A stretch of 64,000 nt of DNA from Curvularia clavata (Eukaryota). How positions within the stretch are numbered: the stretch's first letter is position 1; each line of letters starts with the position of its first letter. The notes under the pieces are model-generated. The model ran no database searches. It was not told the DNA's origin and saw only the letters and a program-made list of their open reading frames with translations. Position numbers and translations under genes: made by a program. Location of the stretch: NCBI GenBank assembly GCA_023920165.1, contig CP089276.1, positions 868,001 through 932,000 of the forward strand. The letters are read 5' to 3'. This document shows positions 37,626 to 50,161 of the stretch, piece after piece.

Positions 37626-39570
37626 ATGGCGGTACTCGATAGGTTTCGTGGAAGGGATAGTACGTCGACGGCGACGTCGACGTCGTTCGACAAGGACCCG
37701 GAGAAGAGGCCGCAGATGCTCAAGGGCGGTGTTAAGGAGATCTTTCGCTTGCGAATAATTGCTATGGCGATTATTGTGTCCATGGGTGGTGTGCGTATTT
37801 CCCTGAAAGAGGACAGGACATGTGCGGCAGTGGCTAACAGGAATGCACAGTTCATCTTTGGTTACGATACGGGTCAGATTTCTGGGTTCCTGGAAATGCC
37901 GGATTTCAAGCAAAGATTTGCCGATCAGAAGGATCCACAGACGGGTGAACTAAAGTTTAGTAACTGGAAGTCTGGATTGATTGTCGCCTTGGTAAGTTAG
38001 AGGTACTCTTGAGCCAACACATGTGCTTACACACCTGTTAGTTATCTATTGGAACTTTGATGGGAGCTTTGATTGCCGCCCCTGTCGCCGACAAGTTTGG
38101 CAGGAAATACTCAATCGTCTTCTGGAATATTATCTTTTGCGTCGGTGTCATTGTGCAAATCACCACAACCAACACATGGTACCAGATCTCGCTCGGCCGA
38201 TGGGTTGCTGGTCTGGGTGTTGGAGCACTTTCGGTTCTTACGCCCATGTATCAGTCCGAGACAGCTCCCCGCTTTGTTCGTGGTGCACTCGTGTCGTGCT
38301 ACCAGCTCTTTATCACTCTCGGTATTTTTGTTGCCTACTGCATCAACTTTGGCACTGAAAAGCGGTTGAGCTCGTACGCGTGGAAGCTTCCTATGGGCAT
38401 CGGCTTCATCTGGTCTGCGATTATGATTTTCGGTATCCTTTTTATGCAAGAGTCGCCGCGATGGGAGTACCGTAAGGGCAAGACGGATAGTGCAAAGCAC
38501 ACAATTGCTATTACCTATGGTGTTTCGGAAGATCACCCCGAGGTGAAGCGGGAGATTCAAGAGATCCAAAGGAAGTTTGAGGCTGAGCAGGCCGGCGGTG
38601 GCAAGCACCCATGGTACGAGATCTTTACTGGTCCTCGCATGGCATACCGTGTTATCCTCGGTGTTGCACTTCAGGCCCTGCAGCAGTTGACTGGTGCCAA
38701 CTAGTAAGTCTTTCTGGTCTCGAATCATAAAGTGCATGTACTAATTCCTACCCACAGCTACTTCTACTACGGAACAACCATTTTCAACTCGGTCGGCATC
38801 CAAAATTCCTTCGTCACGTCCATGATCCTCGGAGGCGTCAACTTTGGCATGACCATCCCTGGTCTCTATGTAGTTGAGAGGTTTGGACGACGATCGTCGC
38901 TCATGGTTGGCGGATTGTGGATGTTCATGTGCTTCCTGATATTCGCTTCACTTGGACACTTTGCTCTGACAAATGACGATGGAACGTCGAACCAGGGTAT
39001 CGGGTACGCCATGATCATCTTTGCCTGCCTTTTCATCGCTGGATACGCCATGACGTGGGGCCCTATCATTTGGGCTGTGGTTGGCGAAATCTATCCCTCC
39101 AGATACCGTGCCAAATGCATGGCGCTCGCAACTGCCAGCAACTGGACATGGAACTTTTTGATTTCATTCTGTAAGTTTTACTTATTCTCTAACACACACT
39201 CTCTGTATTCTAACAACACCTTCTAGTCACACCTTACATCACTTCTGCCATCGACTACCGATACGGCTACGTATTCGCCGCCTGCTGTTTCACAGGAGCA
39301 GTCGTTGTGTACCTGTTTGTATGCGAGTCGCACGGCCGCACACTCGAGGAGATTGACACCATGTACATCTTGCATGTGACACCGTGGAAGAGCAAGCACT
39401 GGGAACCGCCGGCGGACGAGGACCTCCCGGCATTGGACAATACGTTCCTGACCCCTGGAGCGAGAGGCATCAAGAAGGGCAACGAGGCACGAGCGCCTGA
39501 GCAGCTGAGGAGGGAGAGCGTGCCAGTGACTGAGAGTGACATGCATGCTAGTGGTGCGAGACAGGAGTAA
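37626..39570 (+). CDS. MFS sugar porter (hexose transporter), 4 introns
   Basis: GGFIFGYDTGQISG, DKFGRK, PMYQSETAP, ESPRW, QQLTGANYYFYYG, VERFGRR, WGPIIW..GEIYP, ESHGRTLEEID. Confidence 0.96.
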
Positions 39571-39935
39571 ATCCTCGGGGTTTGATGATGATGAGTTATG
39601 AGTTCTTCTTTTGTCTGTTTTCTTATGTTTTCTTTTTCATTTCACAAGTAAAATTTAGCGCAGCATTTGTACTACCATGTATAACAGTAGACTGGAAAGC
39701 TTCGGGGGTTGTTTCGGTGATGATGTCAGCTCGTGTCATGTAAAATGAGGACGGGATGAGCCGGCGTTCATAAATTGAAAGGCATGCTTATGATGAATGT
39801 CACTGTATTATTTATATATACGCCTGTATGCATAGTTCATTTGCAGAAAAAAGAAAGACACGATGCATGCAACCAGTTGGAATCCAGCATTCTTGTAATC
39901 AGCCACAGTGATCTGGCGAAGCAAAAAACAAATCC

Positions 39936-39941
39936 AAAAAA
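39936..39941 (-). terminator. Pol III terminator (T6) for tRNA-Phe
   Basis: First oligo-T run downstream of the tRNA on the minus strand. Confidence 0.7.
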
Positions 39942-39976
39942 GATGGTTCGAAGACCCTGGGCAAGCCCAGGCACGT

Positions 39977-40062
39977 TGTCCCCTTCGTGGATCGAACACG
40001 ATACCTCCAGATTTAGTGACTGAGACTTCAGTCTGGCGCTCTCCCAATTGAGCTAAGGAGAC
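39977..40062 (-). tRNA. tRNA-Phe(GAA) with a 13-nt intron (40013-40025)
   Basis: GTCTCCT/AGGGGAC acceptor stem; GCTC/GAGC D-arm; CCAGA-CTGAAG[intron]A-TCTGG anticodon arm; TCGTG-TTCGATC-CACGA T-arm. Intron lies at the canonical 37/38 position. Confidence 0.96.
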
Positions 40063-40588
40063 GACTTGATGAAGGGTTGCGTGTTGTGTTTGAATATACA
40101 TTGAATTGCAATTTGTGTTGGTTGTGCGTCACGTGAATACTCAGGGTCCAGTTCCGCAATCTACCTTGCTCTCTCGCAAAACTCGAAAAGGCATACCATA
40201 CAGATATGGCATTCTTGCCCACGGACACTGCACAGTTGTATTCCAGTGTGACGAGAAAAAAACAATGAATACAACACAATCCCCGCGCATTGCCGGGGAA
40301 AAGCAAGCTTCGGCTTGGCGCGGAAACGACGCGGTGTGGAATACTGACATCATTATTGATAGGGTTTGTGATCGCGCCGAAGCCAGCCCAACGCATAATA
40401 ATTTGTATCACTTGATCACAAAAACAACGTGGTTCCCCCCTCACTGCCAGCGCAGGTTGCTGTCTGTCTTCTTGTTCCGCGTCGCGTCTCTTTCTTTCTC
40501 TTGACAACAACCTTGCTCGTACGCCTTGCAGTTTGTGTGTGTGTCTATCTGTAAACGCTCGATACCTGTTTGTTTACACGAGGGTCAA

Positions 40589-41590
40589 ATGGCGATTGTG
40601 CAGGGATGGCTGCCGCCGTCGCGGGAGAATTGGGAGTTGACGTGCTGGATTTTCCAGCTTTTCCCAGTGGTAAGAAAGAAGAACATGGACGCGCAGGGCG
40701 GCGCATGGAAGAAGCAAGCTAATATTTGATTCTTCTGTGGAAATTACAGGTTACAGCCATACAGTGGACGATTGATTGGTATCCGCAAGGCAAGACATCG
40801 ATCGACTCACGACTCAATCTCAATGGCAGGATTGGATGGGCGACAATGGAGTCGGTAGGGTTTGTTGTGCTGCTGTACATCATGGTTGCGCTGCCCAAGG
40901 AGTTGGGGATCCAAGAGTTACCATGGGGTAATTGGACAATGGCTGGGTGCTTTGTAAGTTTGGTTGCGAGAAGGGGAAGAGGAAGCAGGGGAGAACTAAT
41001 GCAGGCACCAGGTGTTCCACTACATGTACCGCGCCATCATCTCACCCTTGTTCCTGAATCCGAGCATGTCGCCGATTCACATATTGGTATGGATTTTGGC
41101 AGCATTATTTCAATTGCTCAATGCGATTTCCATTGGCGGGTACCTTGCGGGCTACGGACCAACATCGCAATATGAATGGGCGGCGCGCACGGAGTGGACG
41201 TTTATTGGGCTTGTCGTGTGGTGCTGGGGACTCATGGGCAACATGTTCCACGACGATGACTTGCGAGAGATCAGGAGAGCGGCAGATCGGCGGCAGCGCA
41301 AGGAGGCCAAAGACCAGGGCAAGGCGGTGGAGAAGGTGGACAAGGTGTACATGATACCCAAGAACGGTCTGTTCAAGTACGTGCTGCACGCGCACTACTT
41401 GTGCGAGTGGATTGAGTGGGCAGGATGGTGGATGATTGGGGGGTGGAAATGCCACCCGGCGCGCACATTCGTCATCAACGAGATTGCGACGATGCTGCCA
41501 CGAGCGGTGCAGGGCAAGCGGTGGTATGAGCAGAAGTTTGGCAAAGAAAAACTCGAGGGCCGCAAGGCGGTGATCCCCGGGCTGGTATAG
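40589..41590 (+). CDS. 3-oxo-5-alpha-steroid 4-dehydrogenase (steroid 5-alpha-reductase family), 2 introns
   Basis: WYPQGKTS, GRIGWATMES, HYMYRA, GNMFHDDDLREIR, YMIPKNGLFKYVLHAHYLCEWIEWAG, RWYEQKFG...RKAVIPG. Confidence 0.92.
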
Positions 41591-43070
41591 GTCACGGGAT
41601 TTGTTTTGTGCGGATAAGCATTGAATGAATGGACTAGTGGAGAAGCTTGTAGGGTTCCCGTAGCAGTGGCGTGAAAAGGGGAGGCAAAAAAAAGCGTGGC
41701 ATTGCAGCGATGCAGTCAGTACTAGATAGCACCCAGATAATGCGACATGTGACGATGGATGAGCTGGTTAGAGTGCTGACGGGAGTGACGGTCCTGTAAG
41801 GCGATGTCTTGGACGATGGACTAGACGAGGGTGCATGGCGATTGGCGAGCTTCCTGTCTAGGCGGCATGGAGGATTTGTTGCTCGCGTCTGAGTCGTGGA
41901 GAAAGCACGAGCTAACGGCGAGCTGATACGAGAAGGCGCCACCGTGTGGTGGTTGTTCAGCATGACAATGGCAATAAGGAAGCGACGGACGCCCGCCGTA
42001 ACGTGCCGACCGAGCATGTGCTGAGACGAGCTTAATATAGAGGGGCGCCGCAGCCAATGGCGGAGCGCGCACGGTCGGAAATGAAAAGTCAAGCTCGTAA
42101 AAAAAAGCGAGGAATATGATGCTATTGGAACCAGGATGCGGCCAAGCGACCCACGAGCAATGGCGATGGTTCACGGAGCATGATGGCATGAGTGGAGACG
42201 GGGGGCGCAAGCATTGTGTCTGGAGTCGAAGCCAGTGAAGGTACTGTGTATGTGTGTAGAGACAGAGTTGTGTATGCAGTGCGTGTCTTACTGCACGGCT
42301 GAAATGTCTTGCTGCCGTGCCCTCTCACGCCCAGAAGGACAGGGCCTTCTATTCGGACGCACTCAGCCACGGACTTGCCGGATTGGTGGCTAGGGCAGGC
42401 GCCACCGTGCTGGCAGCTTTGCAGCTTCCCTCTTTGGGCGGCGGGCTAGTCAGCATGCGACGATTGGCAGCACCGCCAGCGTCCGGCTTTCCGTCTCAAG
42501 TCTGGAGCTCCCGCATCCAAGACAGCATCGCCAGTCGCTCTCGACGCTGCGCAGCCGCACACGCAGCGACGTGTCCCGCTCTCGGCGCTCCAATTCACCC
42601 CATCGCGAGACGCCCGCGTGGGTCAGTCAGCGGCGCTGCTGCTGCTGGGCTTGTTGGGCGGCGTGCTTCGCTTCGGCAGTGCCCTCTCAATAACCGCACC
42701 GCCCGCCTAGCTGGGATCGCCCATCCTTCTCCCGTGCAGGGTCCACTCCGTCTCCTGCACAACTGCTGCCCTTGGCCGCTCACCCAGTCCAAGTCGAGCC
42801 GCGCCTTGGATACATCATCAACCCGGACCCACGGGCGGAGACTCGAGCTGATCGCTGCCCACTCGTCGCTGCTGTCCACCCGTCCCACGGCCTCGCTGCC
42901 ACTGCGCGACACTAACTACCTCACCGTCGCCAACCAACTTGGCTGCCTCCCCGTCCTGATACCCACCCACCCTCGTCCTCGGCGCGCCCTCAAACCTACT
43001 ACTTGGCCCCGTTGTTTCCTGGCCTTGCCCGTCGCCAGGCCTCACCAGTCGCTCCTTTGCTCGTCCTCTC

Positions 43071-44564
43071 TTGCGTCTGCCTTGCCTCCTGGGCTGCGCA
43101 ATCTTCGCAATCATGTCGAGCAATGTGACTGCCAGTACGTTGTCTCCTTCTCTTGTCGCGTCCAGTCCTGCTGTCGCTCCTTCTTCCAATGACCCCCCTA
43201 CCTCTCCCTCTGCTCCTGCCTCGCAGCCTCGTTCGCCGTCTGTAACACCCTCCGCAGCATCGCCGCAGCCTTCATCGGACGCGCCCGCTGCCGCTTCAAA
43301 CTCGCCCTCAAGTCCCCCACCGGCTTCTAACTCCCCTTCAGCCCCAGAACCCGCCTCGAGCCCGGCTCCATCCACGCCGGCTCCTGCTCCCTCGAGCGCA
43401 CCACCCGCTCAATCCTCGAGCCCGCCTCCAGCTTCCTCGGCGCCTCCACCAGCTCAGAGCTCAGCGCCTCCCGCTTCCACACCACCTCCCTCTAGCGCAC
43501 CTCCCCCAGCCCAGTCCTCTGCTCCACCTGCCCAATCTTCTGCCAATGCGCCCCCGACAAGCACCATCACCGCCCCATCGGCGCCTGCTTCAACAGCAGT
43601 TGAGACGTCCGTCGTAGTCATCACGTCTGCCACGGCCTCAGGCGAGCCTCCACAGGTCATCACCATCACTTCCGTCATCAGTCCAACTGGCAACACTGCA
43701 GAGCCCACAAAAGGTGCATCTGGTTCCGGCGCCAGCGCCACCCCGTCAAGCACCAGCGGTACCAGTCTGCAGAATGCACAAAACGAAAACAGCGGTGGTC
43801 TCTCCACCAGCGGTAAGACTGCCATTGCCGTCGTCATCCCCATTGTCATCGTTGCTTTGCTAGTCCTGGGTGGCATCTTCTTCTGGCGCAAGCGCAAGCA
43901 ACGCAAGAGCGCAGAGGACGAGCGCAGAAAAGAGGTGGAAGAGTATGGCTTCAACCCCAACCACGACCCAACCCTCCCTGCTGTTGGTGGTCTTGCTATG
44001 GCCGAGGACGAGAGTGGCTACCGCGGATGGGGCAACACCACCACCAGCTCTAACCGCAAGATGTCAACCACCATGACCTCGGGTATGACCTACTCAGATA
44101 GCAACAGCAACCCCGGCGGATACGCCACTCCCCACTCGCCAACTGGAATCTACTCGGACGCCCAATCTAACGACCCCTTGATGGATGGACGTCGCCAGAC
44201 TATGGATTCTGACGGCATTGGCGCTCTTGGTGCTGCCACTGGCGCCACAGCTGCCAATTCTGCCAACAACCAGGTTGGTGTACACCGTGGTCCATCCAAT
44301 GCCTCATCTTCATACTCAGTTGCCGACCATTCCGACAACTCGGGCGAATATCCCGGCATGCCTGGTGCTCAACAACACGACTACTATGGCAACCAGGACT
44401 ACTACCAGCCCAACCCATACGGTGCCGGCGACCCCTATGGCGCCCAGCAGCAGCAACAACCACAACCCATCATAAGAGATGTATCCGCACGACGAAACAC
44501 ACGAATCGAAAACCCAAGTGTCTTCCCACATCAAGGGAACTCTGGTATCGCACAAAACTTCTAA
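43071..44564 (+). CDS. Ser/Pro/Thr-rich single-pass cell-surface protein (Mid2/Skg6-like architecture); first ATG at 43113, possible TTG start at 43071
   Basis: SSAPPPAQ-type repeats; TM TAIAVVIPIVIVALLVLGGIFFW followed by RKRKQRK; tail motifs EEYGFNPN, GYRGWG, IRDVSARRNTRIE, GIAQNF. Confidence 0.88.
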   Translation: MRLPCLLGCAIFAIMSSNVTASTLSPSLVASSPAVAPSSNDPPTSPSAPASQPRSPSVTPSAASPQPSSDAPAAASNSPSSPPPASNSPSAPEPASSPAPSTPAPAPSSAPPAQSSSPPPASSAPPPAQSSAPPASTPPPSSAPPPAQSSAPPAQSSANAPPTSTITAPSAPASTAVETSVVVITSATASGEPPQVITITSVISPTGNTAEPTKGASGSGASATPSSTSGTSLQNAQNENSGGLSTSGKTAIAVVIPIVIVALLVLGGIFFWRKRKQRKSAEDERRKEVEEYGFNPNHDPTLPAVGGLAMAEDESGYRGWGNTTTSSNRKMSTTMTSGMTYSDSNSNPGGYATPHSPTGIYSDAQSNDPLMDGRRQTMDSDGIGALGAATGATAANSANNQVGVHRGPSNASSSYSVADHSDNSGEYPGMPGAQQHDYYGNQDYYQPNPYGAGDPYGAQQQQQPQPIIRDVSARRNTRIENPSVFPHQGNSGIAQNF

Positions 44565-47471
44565 TTGCATCTTTTTTCCTTACACCTCGACTTGATCCAT
44601 CCATCAATCGTTACACTTGTATATTGCGACATCTATCGTTCCATCGACTTGTCCATGTTAGTCGACATATATCCACACAGCGGCGTTCTTAGGGCATGGC
44701 TTCTTTCTTATTCTATCGATCCGCTCTCTCCCACCAGACCTCGATCTTCTTTCTGAAGTCTTCGCCCTGCCTGTATGCATACCGAGTGGGTGTCGACATT
44801 GCTCATCCTCCGAATGCTCTTTCGCATGGGCGGACAGGCTGAAACTGCACTACAAGCTGCTTGCAGAACCGAGGAAGAGTATTGAGAGGCGGGGTATACA
44901 CGTATGTTCAGCGAAAACAGAAACAAAAAGTGTTTGCGAACTAGGTATCAGTGCGCCGTGTCGTGGGCTTGTCCAACGTCCCCCTTTTCCTTTTCCACTC
45001 AGACGTTTGAATTTTGGGGCATTCTTCTGGTGACACTCGGACTCCTTCTTTCTAGTGGCTACGGAGAGATTTTTGACGGCTTCATGTGGAAAATACAGGC
45101 CTTGTAATAATTATGCTTCGTCCTACTCTTACTCACATAAGTCCTTCATTGTGTTCCTTGTATTTGTACCCACCTGCCTTGACATGCAAGGCTCAGAACT
45201 CTTTTCCTATTTCTGTTTGGACATGATCGTGGGGTATAGGCGAACATGTCTTGAGGAGGCGATGATGTCGTAGTGGTGTTGGTTCGTGTAGCAGGAAGCG
45301 AAATTAGAATCCGAAAATGAATAAATAAAATATACTCCGTCTGTACGTATCGTATCCGTGTCTACATGCTTGTGTATCCTGCTTGGTGCCGGACAAAACA
45401 GCCGATATTGAGCATTAAAATGTTTTCTCTTCTATCAATGCGCTTATGTTGTGTTTTGGCTCTTTCCTCAGCGGTCAAGCAACAAAACAGTCAACACAAC
45501 AGTCGCAAAGACCTCGTTTCCATATCACATAGTACTCGACACTACACACATACCCCTCTGCGCATCCTCTCCACACCCCCTCAACAAGCCCAACAGACCC
45601 AACTACTCACCCCTCCCCTCAATGCCTCTATCCCATCCCCCTTCCGCAATTCACTGCAACCCCCCTTTTTCTCACCCACACACTCACCCACCAACCAGGT
45701 TACATCCAGCCGGGCCGACACCGCTAACCACGACCAAAAGACGCACACTAAGCCCACCTCACCCAAACTTTGGTACGGTTCGGTGGGGGCACCAAACGTC
45801 ACAACGCTTCCCTGGCCCGCCGCGCCCGATCCACCTGCACCGCCCCTCTTTGCTCTCTCTGCCCCTTGCATTTGCTTTTCCAAGGGCTCGTTTCCTTTTT
45901 GAGCTCATCAACAGGTATGGAAGAAGAACAGAAGACGGAAGGAAAGGTTTGGTTGAGGCCAATCGCACTAACTACCAATTGCCCTTGTCCAATTCAATTG
46001 AACATTCAAATATCGTCTAAATGCCACGGAAAAAAAGAGGATACAACACAGTATTTCGCCACTCTCCTCATCTCATCTCAACTCATCTCTTGGCTGCGAT
46101 GGAGCTAGGCGGGGCTAGAATGTATAGCTCCAATGCTAGTCTCTCGATTGTCGGCAGAGAGAGAGGAACGAGGACACGAGAGAGGGGCGAACAGGACTAA
46201 CGGGCTTAGTCTACAGTAGGGCATTCTGCACGTGTGTGCGAAAAAGAACAGCCAATGGGATGGGGTGGAGAGGGTAGCATTTTGCTTTTTAGCTACCTTT
46301 ATGGTGTTTTTTTCCTGGGGGACTTGCATGGAAGAGCGCTGTATGCGTGCATGTACACCTAGCAGTATGCGGACTAACAAAAAATCAGACCAGAAAGTCC
46401 AAGAGTCACGCTTTGGACTTGTGCACCTGGGTATTGCTTACATGTACCTAGAACAAGTCAAAAATAGCTCATTCCCGCATTCAACTTAGTTACTACCCGT
46501 ATTCGGTGACACATCCCGCTGACTTTTTGGCACCTCGTATACTAGCCCATCCGAGATCAGACGTTTTCTTATCATTGCCCACTTCTCGACTGGCCCCTCC
46601 TCGTATATCCAGATTGATGATCTCTCGTATTTGAGAAGGAAGAAAAAAAAACTATCGGATTCTTGCATTTTGCTCACATGTCACCACCGCCACCAACTCA
46701 AGCCCTCTATAGCCCACGTATCGCCACACCTCTTCCTCCTATCAGAAAGTCCGTAGTAATCCATAAATTCCGGCTAACAGGGCGTCTCGCAAAGCGGCTG
46801 GACGCTCAAGCCGCACAAGTAGAAAATCCTCGGCACCCTGCTTCAGCACCTCCCTCTACGCTTTTCAAGTCTCTTCAGTCGCAAAAGAGCAAGTCGAGTC
46901 GACCAAGACCCGGAATATGCTACTCTCAGCCCCCAAGCGGTCGAGCAGGGTGTGAGTTCATGATGTGGAGTGTGCTTGTGAATATGGCAGCAGCGCTGTT
47001 TATGCTCACTTTGGAGTGTGTAATATCAGATGGTCTAGACTCAAAACACAGTCGTGTGATTGATTCAGAGGTTGGCAAAACAAAAACCAATGTAGATTTG
47101 CAAGATGGCAGTATGAGTCGTGTTCATGACTATCGAGCAAACTGTAATGACTGCGTCACTCCTCAGAAGACAAACAATCACAAATTTTCCTCAAACTCAT
47201 CAAAGATATACAGAAATATGCTCAATTTTGTTCAAGTACATAGATATTATGACTCGCATAGGCCTAAGAAACTGCTTTTTCCAGCACCCAAACAGCCTAA
47301 CACAAACTATGAAAACGCTCACCATATTGGAATGCAGAGGCATATCCGAAAGACACGTCACTCAAACGCCTCATGTTCCTGTCCGAATCTTGCCATACCC
47401 ATCCTCGAGGAAGAATGCAAAAAAGGCACCATAGCAGCACCGTCGCAATGCTAATGTCATATCATAAAACA

Positions 47472-50161
47472 TCAATTAGGGTTGTTGTTACTGTTGAAAG
47501 AAGTCGACCCCGCGCGAGAGGGCATGCTAGGGGCGCCGTTAGCAACCCCAGAAGATGGTACTCGCGTCATAGAAGGGAGGGCGAATGGCGGTGCAGGTGC
47601 GGGGGCAGGAGGCTTCGGAGGTAGGTGTGAAGGTGTACCATACTTGGCAATGCTGCTTTGTGAGGAGCCTGGATCTCCAGGTTGGGATGTAATTCGGTTC
47701 ATTGCGGGAGCGGAGGCATTGCCCTGCATGCTTTGAGGTGATCCGAACGACGGTGTCGAATTGTTCGAGGCGTTGTGTCTAGGCATTTGCGCGGGCATGG
47801 ATGTCTGGGGAGACATTTGATAGCCACCATAGCCATTCATCGGCGGCTGTGACGGCATCATGTTTGGTTGCATCCCGAAAGGCATGTTGCGCCCGCCAGG
47901 AACAAAAGCTTGAGTCTGTGGGTTAAATTGACCACGGTTGTAGCTCCCAGGGATAGGGTGCTGGTTGCGGTTTGGCTTGCCATTGTACGCGTTGGAAGGA
48001 AACTGACCGTAGGGATAGCCAGGCATCGGTCCCTGATGAGGGGCAGACATTGGGCGATTACTTGGTCCACTCGGTGCACCAAAACTGTTCTGCGCCATTG
48101 GATATGAGGGCTGTTGATTACCCTGCGGCCATCCCGAATTCATGGGCATGTGCTGAGGCTGCTGGTACGTATCTTGATAGGATGCCATCTGTGGGTTGGC
48201 CATCTTTGGCGTCACCTGAGATGGCAGACCGGCGTTCTGGAACGATGACATGCCTCGCTGGAAATCTGCCGACAGGTCATAGCTATTCTGTGCTTGTCCA
48301 TAGCCGGGATACATCATCATTGACCCGTTTGGGGGCTGGTACTGTTGTCCATTCCAGCCATACTGCGATTGTCCATCTGGGTTCATCATCCCAGGGTACG
48401 GGGTACTGTACGTTGTTGATGGAGAAGCTCCCGGGTTCATAGCCGCAAACGGGGCGTTCTGTGAAGGTCCGGAGAAGCCATTGTAATAAACAGCGTTGTC
48501 TCCGGCATACGGGTACTGCTGGGGGTAGTACACATTGAACCGAGATCGAGCCTGGAAGTCGTCGTCGTCGTAGTTGCGCTGCTTCTTGGGTTTCTTCTTT
48601 CCAGCAACAGAGCTTGATCTCGAGACATCCTTCCCCTTCTCTTTGTCTTCACCCGACCCGTTAGCATCAGCAGCATCGGTTTCTTCGCTTTCAGCACTAC
48701 CGAAGATGCGCTGACGAGCTTCACGGTAACGTGCCTCACGCTCTTCTCTCGAGAGAGCAGTCTTGTCCTTGGGGACTTCGCCATCATTGCTCCCCTCGCT
48801 TCCACCCATCTCAGACGTAGTCTTTGAGGCATTCTGCGAATTGGCCCCAGTATTTGTTCCAGATTTGCCGCCATCGCGGCGCATGATCTTGCGAGCAGGA
48901 AGCTCCACAGGTGGAGTATTGGTTCCTTTTGCAGGATCAACCATTTGCGACACAGGTGGTGGGCTGTGATTGATTAGCATGATGTCAGTGAAAAAGTCCA
49001 AAAATAAAATACGTACATCCTGCAATACGGAGTGCGCGTGATCTTCACTCCTGTCATAGTCGTATCAACCACATGGCCAAGGAGGTAGTAGTCTGCAAGA
49101 CGATGAGCCAGCATCCTATAGAAAGTGTTACAATTAGGTAGGCACAGCTCGTTTTCACTACAGCTTGTTAGTACAAAACTCCTTGTGACATATTGACAAT
49201 GGAAGCTTACCGAGAGTCCTTAATGAAATCGATAAAGTCCTGTTCGATCTTAACAACAAATAAACGGTCACGAGGAGAGCGTAGAGCCTCGAGTAGTTTC
49301 TCGTCTGGGATAGCAGGCATGTTAGGTGCGCCATTGTGTGCGGCCATGCCATTCACAAGAGGCTGAGACATAGGCCCAGGACCGTTCAACGATTGATTCG
49401 GATCGTACAAAGTTTGAGGTCCGATAGGCATAGTTGGAAATCTCCCGGGAGGAACTCCTCGGTGAGGCTGAGGGTTCATCACAGCTATCTCTTGGAGCTG
49501 ATCTCGGAAGGCACGCGCAGCCCCGTGGTCCGATCCCTGTCTGGAGTCGGCAATGACTGAGTCAGGAGGAGATATAATGTCCTCTTCTTCGACCGCCCTT
49601 AGACTGGCACTGTCATCAGGCCTCAACGACTCCTTCTCATCCAATGCAAACGTGGTCGCAGAGGCCACACTCTTTCCATCAAGACTGGGAGGCTTCCCTG
49701 ATCCATCGGAGGAAGAGAGTTGGGTGTTGCTGTCTTCTGGAGCAGACACCTTGGCTACCGCGGCAGACTGCGGTCTGTCGGTGACTTCCGCCTTCGCATC
49801 AACACACGGTGCAGGGAAGGATTCTGCCTTGTCGTTTGGCAGTACAGGCTGAGAGGCGACGTGTTCAGCGCTCTTGCTCGCATTGTTATCTTCTTGCCTC
49901 TCCATAACCAATTTCGGGGCTTCTCCGTTTGGAACAGCACGTGGCTTCTGAGCAATAGTAGGTACTCGAGGTGTCGCAACAGGTGGTCTCGCTTTGGGTG
50001 CAGAATCTTTCGAAATCTGCGGCTTTATTGCAGAAGCCGCGACCTGACCGACAGTGTTAGCAAACAAGGTCTGACTTTTGTTCGCCAAAAAAACGTACCT
50101 TAGCGAAGGAGAGAGGCCTCTGAGGGGCCTGTTCGGTGGAGGCCGGAGTCGCAGATGCCAT
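47472..50161 (-). CDS. R3H + SUZ domain RNA-binding protein (Rbs1/encore-like), 3 introns
   Basis: LLEALRSPRDRLFVVKIEQD, NCNTFYRMLAHRLADYY (R3H), KIMRR and SREEREARYREARQRIFG (SUZ), a PAM2-like FNPQTQAFVP motif and a Q/P/N-rich tail. Confidence 0.9.

Noticed and set aside
42317..43192. 291-aa ORF overlapping the start of the Ser/Pro-rich gene
   Set aside because: Arg/Ala/Pro-rich translation typical of a GC-rich leader. An upstream-ORF role cannot be excluded but is unsupported.
46663..47454. 263-aa plus-strand ORF
   Set aside because: TTG start, no recognisable motifs or consistent composition, and it overlaps the likely 3' UTR of the R3H gene.
47476..47483. AACCCTAA (minus strand), plus similar telomere-like words near 10561 and 59992
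   Set aside because: Shorter than the 9-nt template and inside protein-coding sequence, with no supporting structure.
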